Below, piece by piece: positions 60,503-64,000 of a stretch of DNA of 64,000 nucleotides (the first letter of the stretch is position 1; each line of letters starts with the position of its first letter). Where the stretch lies: positions 155,248,001-155,312,000 of the forward strand of contig OZ038378.1 in the NCBI GenBank assembly GCA_964036045.1, given 5' to 3'. This DNA is from Eutreptiella sp. 'Long Island Sound 2002' (taxonomy: Eukaryota; Protista; Euglenida). The position numbers and the translations under genes were made by a program. The notes under the pieces were generated by a model. It searched no databases. It was not told the origin of the DNA and worked only from the letters and a program-made list of their open reading frames with translations.

Positions 60503-63382
60503 GGTTGTTGTTGTTGCTGTTGTTGCTGTTGTTGCTGTTGTTGTTGTTGTTGTTGTTGTTGCTGGCCACAACCCCGCGCCCTCCTCTCCTCCTGAGTCGG
60601 ACGTGGGATGCGGCTGGTTCTTGAGTTCTGGTGCGAGTGCAGCGGATACTGCCAAGCGAAATGGCACAGAGCTGATTCCTCACGGAACTCAGTTTGCCTG
60701 ATTCACGGCCAAAGGACAACTTTGTGGGGGTGTCCAGAAGAGGGCCAAATCACTGTGGGTGTGCGCGCGCACCACAATGCGCACGCCCACGTGGGTGTGC
60801 GCGCGCGCACCACAATGCGCACGCCCACGTGGGTGTGCGGGCGCACAACAATGCGCACGCCCACGCACAACAGCGAGGCAGGCGAGATCTTGCCGCAGGG
60901 GCCGTCTTGCACAGGGACGCACAGGAAGGTGGGTCACACGTGCCTCCACGCGTGACTTGGGTGCGGTGTGTGAGAGGGCGTGCAGGGCAGCAGCTGCGCC
61001 TGTAGCGCTTTGCACTTGACAGTGTCAGCGGTGCTCCCATGAACAACAGCCTTCACAAGGCCCTCTCGAACATGAGACTCATGGTTTCTGCAGCTCATTA
61101 TTATGCAGCAGGATATCAAATCCAGTCCGTCGGGAATCAACCGCCTTGGCACACACACAAGCGCGCGCGCGCACGCACGCACCCACGCGCGCACGCACAC
61201 ACACACGCACGCACAGAGGCCGTGAAGGCTACAAATCTGGCGAGGCGTGTGGACATAGCCGTAGAGAGGCGATACATCAAACGGCACAGCGTTCCATTGC
61301 CTCGGCAACGCCACGCCCCCTTTGCAGAGGGGTGAGCACCCGAACAAGGGCCCACCCCCAAAGCAAACCCCCACAAAGATACCCAAAGCGGCGGATTTGC
61401 CGCGTCCTCGTGCGGCGGTCACAATGCACGTCGTCCGCATGGACTTCTCCTTCTCCACGACCACAGACATCAAGTCCATAATGATGCGCGCCTGCCAACA
61501 CAACAGCGAATGCAGGTCAGCTGCCTCAGTCATGCCCCGCCTGCCTGGGCATCACGCAGCCTTCCGGCGTTCTTCATGTGCACGCCGCATGCGCCCCCCG
61601 CCACATACACCGGCCCCACCCGAGTCGCATCCCAGCGACACCTGCTTTGGTGCCGGCTTCCAAAGCCTGGGCCCTATGACTGCCCGGGGGCTTCACGAAA
61701 GCGGCCGTCAAACGGCCTAAGAACTTGGGGTACTCGTGGTCGCTTGGGGGAAATCCTTTTCTTCGAAAACCGATTGGGGGCCACCGCGGACGGATGCTGG
61801 TTTGATAACCCCCCCCCCCCAAAATAAGAACCACCTGGGGCTTTCCACCAAGCGGGGCCAAAAATAAGAACCAGCCAGCACTGATGGTTAAGCTGTGAGC
61901 CTAGGAACCGCCCCCAAAAATAAGAACCAGCCAGCACTGATGGTTAAGCTGTGAGCCTAGGAACCGCCCCCAAAAATAAGAACCAGCCAGCACTGATGGT
62001 TAAGCTGTGAGCCTAGGAACCGCCCCCAAAAATAAGAACCCCCCCTGCTACCACCAGCAACTGGGCGAAAAATAAGAACCCGTTCCTATTTTTGGGGGGG
62101 GGTTTAAGATGGATCGGGGTCCCACGGACTATGCCCCACACAACTCTGCCATCGACCCCTCATCAAGTCCGTATATTGGGAGCAGGCGATTGCTGAAGGA
62201 CCCCCGGGGGGCGGGGGTTGTTTGGGGCCCTGGTCGGCCCCCGCCGACAGACCCCCCCCGTGTGACATTCCGTCATGTTGCTGTTCCTTTACGAGGCCCT
62301 GGACGGTCACCCGCTCTTCCCTTCGCATGTTGCGTCGGGTCGCTGCGTTCTGTCGGCCGCTGCGGCCGGTGCTCCCGCTGGTGTCGTTTCCGCGTTCGCG
62401 GAGCCCAGTCGTTGGTGTGTTGGGGCTGTGCGGGATGTGGCGGGATGTGCCGTTTGCGCGTCAGCAGTGCCCAGTAGTTGGCGTATTGGGGGTTGTGCTG
62501 GTTGTTGCCGGGGTTGTTTGACTGCTTTTGCTGTCCCCACACCTTCGTCCTCAGGCCGTCCACAGCCTGCCTCGCTGCGTTCCCCCCCCCCCCCCACATC
62601 AGAAAAATTTTCCTGCGGCACAAAATGAAATTTATCAAAGGGGCCGGAAATTTGAGGCCGACTTTGGGTACACAAACCCTCTTTTTTGGCCTCTGACCCC
62701 CCCACGGGGGGGGGGGGGTCTCCTTAAGCAATGGCCCGATTGGAGGCCAGCGGGGCAACGGTGGTCACAAAGTACTGTAGGCCAGGTACACCAATCCCCC
62801 TGCGCCTTACACACCACTGAAGGGGTCAAAGCGGAGGGACAATGGGCTAATAAAACCACTTCTTTTTGGCTTTGCAGGGGGTCCCTGATCGCTTTTGGAA
62901 AAAACAAAATTGGATGCCCATCCGTACGGGGGTGTGGGTGGCTGTTTGCGCCTTTCTCAGGGGGGGGGATCACCGAAGGTCGGGGGCTGCAAGCGAAATC
63001 TTGAGCCCCACAACTGGGCCATGTCTGCAGAGCACCTGTTTTACTTGGCACCCACGGCCCAAATTTCATCTTTTTTGGCCTTGAATTCTGGATTTAGGAA
63101 AGCCGCATGTCAATATCAGGCAGAGCTAGAGCACACTGAAGCTCGAAGCGATGGAATGGCGTTGTGGCTCACAGACGTGCCTTGGGCTCGTTTGTTCCAC
63201 ATTTATGGGGACGGGTGTCGTAAGATATGAATATTGATACTTGGGGGACGACTCCTGCTGAACTGCAGCATTGAGATTGGTGTCAGCAACACACAAATCA
63301 GCACCTGATCTGCAGTGGCTGCAAGCTTGACGAGCGGCCCGATGATCTTATTGTCTTTCAGCGCGTCTTGCGTGCTCTTGAG
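24319..63382 (-). CDS. NAT10: RNA cytidine acetyltransferase NAT10/Kre33 (3' ~761 aa, 16 exons; 5' part not identified in window)
   Basis: Exons 63305-63382, 61383-61491, 59365-59603, 53718-53853, 50269-50443, 49113-49269, 47482-47647, 46330-46444, 44567-44765, 41950-42109, 38513-38624, 34263-34402, 30168-30286, 29470-29593, 25789-25904, 24319-24459 total 2286 nt, and all junction phases are compatible. Motifs: TAARGRGKSAALG (Walker A), IFVTSP, DEAAAIP, STVSGYEGTGRSLS, SHYKNQPNDLQLMSDAPAH, RIVRIAV, LTGEHT, and a Lys-rich C-terminus. Confidence 0.97.
25789..25904 (-). CDS. NAT10: NAT10 exon (LQHKSIHDLATTELDLGTSQTSALIYKVLKSVSEYLQK)
   Basis: ctgcAG acceptor, AAG|GTGTGC donor; GLQ.K motif. Confidence 0.9.
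26525..26590. repeat. (GGTGAG)n hexanucleotide repeat in a purine-rich tract
   Basis: ggtgagggtgagggtgagggtgagg. Confidence 0.8.
29028..29292. mobile_element. MITE-like element, 16-bp TIR (15/16 match), TSD not clean
   Basis: CAGAGATGTATTAGAA...TTCTAATACATCCCTG; terminus related to the 37753 MITE and to a partial copy starting at 47161. Confidence 0.7.
29470..29593 (-). CDS. NAT10: NAT10 exon (VVYDLIPAIAQLYF...ESAVLMGLG)
   Basis: ctcctcAG acceptor, TAG|GTATGC donor. Confidence 0.9.
30168..30286 (-). CDS. NAT10: NAT10 exon (...MTVYDVKRLAAYAAHSVEIQ)
   Basis: ccacAG acceptor, CAG|GTACGT donor; tRNA-binding-domain motif D.KRL..Y. Confidence 0.88.
30530..30887. repeat. Dispersed repeat family Y (near-identical copy ~33690-33975, partial ~32780-32915)
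   Basis: aagggggctcgaacgacccc...gagaccaccaagaattaacagcgaccatccagaggccaccagg...gccgaaacctttcaaggagcagttgtcaaggaggagggtc. Confidence 0.9.
31997..32260. repeat. Dispersed repeat family Z (other copies ~41130-41385, ~58857-58905, ~59077-59290)
   Basis: ggcacaaggcc...gccaccgctcattctgaccctctgtggg...gtcaacggagccccccggatgac...gcatccagatgc. Confidence 0.88.
34263..34402 (-). CDS. NAT10: NAT10 exon (FYSLLNNSLRSMKIDLALSI...)
   Basis: tttgcAG acceptor, AAG|GTGCAC donor; continues the DF.RRF..LL motif. Confidence 0.88.
35110..35430. repeat. Compound (CAG/CAA/CAC)n trinucleotide repeat
   Basis: Direct reading; includes pure (CAC)n and (CAG)n tracts. Confidence 0.95.
37753..37949. mobile_element. MITE (197 bp), 11-bp TIR, perfect 8-bp TSD
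   Basis: CAGGGATGCAT...ATGCATCCCTG flanked by ggcagcag (37745-37752 and 37950-37957). Confidence 0.9.
38513..38624 (-). CDS. NAT10: NAT10 exon (QNDLTGEHTMIMIK...WLPKFQKDFQKR)
   Basis: tttggcAG acceptor, AAG|GTACGG donor. Confidence 0.92.
38712..39055 (-). repeat. Dispersed repeat family R (other copies 39587-39950, 45124-45263, 47273-47400 inverted, 62260-62580)
   Basis: Shared tgtgacattccgtcgggttgttg...gtcgctgcgttctgtcggccgctgcggccggtgctc; one end is constant and adjoins a C/G run, the other end is variable. Confidence 0.9.
40672..40866. repeat. ~200-bp duplication (second copy ~41478-41676)
   Basis: acagacttgcca..gcgtctgccagctcagacatgat...tttcctgccagacactagtggcatgtttggt. Confidence 0.85.
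41950..42109 (-). CDS. NAT10: NAT10 exon (LPHLL...DYICTSFGVTLPLFEFWQKSGFTPVYVRQ)
   Basis: atgcAG acceptor, AAG|GTACCC donor. Confidence 0.95.
42198..42458. mobile_element. MITE family W copy, perfect 8-bp TSD
   Basis: CACGGGGGGG...CCCCCCCGGG flanked by gtcccggc (42190-42197 and 42459-42466); body shared with 59639-59853. Confidence 0.85.
44567..44765 (-). CDS. NAT10: NAT10 exon, GNAT core (FSKLSGVRIVRIAVSPDYQRMKYGSKAL)
   Basis: cggcAG acceptor, GAG|GTGTGA donor. Confidence 0.95.
45686..46067. mobile_element. MITE-like element with imperfect long TIRs, no TSD found
   Basis: CAATTGAGGGGGTGGGG..ATAGAGCCCCC versus GGGGGCTCTATT..CCCCACCCCCAAATG. Confidence 0.5.
46330..46444 (-). CDS. NAT10: NAT10 exon (CEEGAVSV...GKRSSGDLVPYAIAQNFQEP)
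   Basis: ctcgcAG acceptor, GAG|GTACGT donor. Confidence 0.92.
47482..47647 (-). CDS. NAT10: NAT10 exon (DLLQQMMSLYISSHYKNQPNDLQLMSDAPAHHLFVLL...)
   Basis: cacAG acceptor, AAG|GTCCCC donor. Confidence 0.95.
48044..48532. mobile_element. MITE-like element with 12-bp TIR, no clean TSD
   Basis: CAGGCTATTGCT...AGCAATAGCCTG; internal modules shared with ~52865-52950 and ~62585-62710. Confidence 0.55.
48537..49131. repeat. 67-bp minisatellite, 9 copies, overlapping the 3' end of a NAT10 exon
   Basis: gcctctgccacccggtggtag at 48575, 48642, 48709, 48776, 48843, 48910, 48977, 49044 and 49111 (exact 67-bp period). Confidence 0.97.
49113..49269 (-). CDS. NAT10: NAT10 exon (YAPRDPVEKWLNTVLC...VNRDTLFSYHRVAE)
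   Basis: ctacAG acceptor; a GAG|GCATCC GC donor keeps the gap-free alignment to the conserved SYHKASEAFLQRLM (the in-frame GT alternative ends at 49122). Confidence 0.92.
50269..50443 (-). CDS. NAT10: NAT10 exon (RSLSVKLMQKLK...QLTEPIR)
   Basis: gtgaAG acceptor, CAG|GTATGC donor. Confidence 0.92.
50978..51387. mobile_element. MITE-like element with internal inverted repeats, no TSD found
   Basis: GAAAATTACTCTGCGGGGGG near the left end and CCCCCCGCAGAGCAATTTTC near the right end, each 11 nt inside CTGGG / CCCTG termini. Confidence 0.5.
53718..53853 (-). CDS. NAT10: NAT10 exon with Walker B (AEMLVVDEAAAIPLP...STVSGYEGTG)
   Basis: ttgtcAG acceptor, CAG|GTGTGT donor. Confidence 0.95.
54585..54668. 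repeat. (AAT)n-rich microsatellite
   Basis: aataataataataat tract with degenerate upstream units. Confidence 0.85.
54850..55019. repeat. 105-bp tandem repeat; the second copy is interrupted by the P-like element and resumes at 58591-58640
   Basis: ctaatggggctgtgccttctatcgagatacgagg...gtatggcatagatgagattggagatggatccga; copy 2 stops at gtatggc and continues as atggatgagattggagatggatccgac after 58598. Confidence 0.9.
55442..55640. repeat. Subterminal ~62-bp tandem repeats within the P-like element
   Basis: gggtgccca(a/g)tcc core occurs four times; tcaccgcttcatggggtgccca... units at ~55498 and ~55560. Confidence 0.85.
55943..57871 (-). pseudogene. P-like transposase fragment 2 (catalytic Glu region plus C-terminal Cys/His clusters and Ser/Lys-rich tail), 642-codon open frame
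   Basis: LLGSQPNEDLYSLLRCMEHNRNF resembles the P-transposase SQDxLExxFSxxR...N motif. It is followed by CLFC-x11-H-x3-H, CGFC-x6-C-x12-C and CPVPMC-x11-H-x4-H. Confidence 0.75.
57849..58270 (-). pseudogene. P-like transposase fragment 1 (GTP-binding insertion region)
   Basis: FNPKDKQHVEYGLQLL resembles the P/THAP9 motif NPxDKMxVxxAxQ. It is 5'-truncated at a minisatellite and frameshifted relative to the next ORF near 57870. Confidence 0.7.
59365..59603 (-). CDS. NAT10: NAT10 exon (GFANIFVTSPAPENL...HRQTIQYISPQ)
   Basis: tcaaAG acceptor, CAG|GTACAC donor. Confidence 0.95.
59639..59853. mobile_element. MITE family W copy, perfect 8-bp TSD
   Basis: CACGGGGGGG...CCCCCCCGTC flanked by gcgggggc (59631-59638 and 59854-59861). 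Confidence 0.85.
60222..60563. repeat. (GTT)n microsatellite, ~340 bp, with GTG/GCT variants
   Basis: Direct reading. Confidence 0.98.
60755..60870. repeat. ~35-bp tandem repeat, about 3 copies
   Basis: gtgggtgtgcgcgcgcaccacaatgcgcacgcccac. Confidence 0.8.
61383..61491 (-). CDS. NAT10: NAT10 exon with Walker A (TAARGRGKSAALG)
   Basis: ttggcAG acceptor, G|GTATCT donor. Confidence 0.95.
61861..62040. repeat. 56-bp tandem repeat, 3 full copies plus partials
   Basis: aaaataagaaccagccagcactgatggttaagctgtgagcctaggaaccgccccca starting at 61861, 61917 and 61973. Confidence 0.92.
63305..63382 (-). CDS. NAT10: NAT10 exon (LKSTQDALKDNKIIGPLVKLAATADQ)
   Basis: ctgcAG acceptor, CAG|GTGCTG donor; matches the segment preceding Walker A. 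Confidence 0.85.
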
Positions 63383-64000
63383 CTGCAGAGTGTGAACGCT
63401 CGGATGCAACGGATATTTGACCTATCAGCAGATGCCTCATAAGCTGCAATGTCTGGATTGTCTGCAGTACGATTCCTCGGGTGCTCAGTGCGATTTGTCG
63501 ATTGTTCACTCCGATTCTTGGGATTTGGGGTAGAATCCCAGAATGTGGGACACTTGCCTGAGTTGACAAACCCACAACCCTCATGCACGGCAGCACAAGC
63601 ACCAGTGCGACGAAGACAAAAAGATATGACACGTTTTACTGGAAACAAACAACGTCATGAACCAGGGCACGACTGTGGCTACGGAGCTTGGGGTTCCAAA
63701 AGAGGGTGTACATCCATCTTGACTCGTGATGCGCTGCTGACTTTGTCGGACTGGACATCTGCTTTTGTGGACATTTTGTGGGTGCTTGCAAACGGGCCCT
63801 TCTGAACATTTGCTGCCCGTGTCGTGATGCATTTCTGCCTTGGGAAATGTCTGGGTCTTTGGAAAACATACCACCGGGGGAGTAATTTGAGGGGGCTTTT
63901 TTTTGGGAGGGCTAAATTTAGGGGGGGGGATTTGGAACTGGTCCTTAGAAATGAAGGAAAAGTTTGGTATAAGGTCCCTTGCCGTTGCTTCCTAGTGGAT

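Noticed and set aside
60146-60719. Long poly-N/T/Q/V/C/L ORFs (also 35070-35597)
   Set aside because: Artefacts of trinucleotide microsatellites lacking stop codons
24460-63304. Euglenid non-conventional (non-GT-AG, end-paired) introns
   Set aside because: All junctions needed to rebuild both genes are GT-AG or GC-AG; none requires a non-conventional boundary
63383-63470. 53-nt GC-AG intron (GAG|GCATCT) with an upstream mini-exon DNPDIAAYE for NAT10
   Set aside because: The phase fits and the donor resembles the other GC donor, but the upstream peptide shows no recognisable NAT10 conservation; not supportable without RNA data

Overview
Eukaryotic, intron-rich and repeat-dense genomic DNA. 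A euglenid or other euglenozoan-like origin is an inference from splice-site style and repeat content and is not proven. There are three host genes. (1) A multi-exon coiled-coil repeat protein on the minus strand, with 13 exons recovered between 731 and 13398; both ends are unresolved. (2) An intronless cofactor-dependent phosphoglycerate mutase (gpmA/dPGM, 15248..16024, +). (3) The 3' ~760 codons of NAT10/Kre33 RNA cytidine acetyltransferase on the minus strand, as 16 phase-compatible exons from 63382 to the stop at 24319; its 5' end lies beyond the window or was not found. The NAT10 introns are packed with repeats. The main observations are: (a) a 3571-bp P-superfamily-like DNA transposon (55020..58590) with TIRs, an 8-bp TSD, a reconstructable empty site and a broken transposase carrying an unusual C-terminal triple Cys/His cluster; (b) non-autonomous MITEs with the same CA..TG-type ends and perfect 8-bp TSDs; (c) a 9-copy 67-bp tandem array that duplicates a NAT10 GC splice donor, so that each unit reads as a 45-nt mini-intron plus a 22-nt micro-exon; (d) a non-canonical AG|GTRY donor consensus; (e) exon-confined 98% identity between two coiled-coil exons. 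All splice junctions and coordinates were derived by hand from the sequence and need RNA-seq confirmation.
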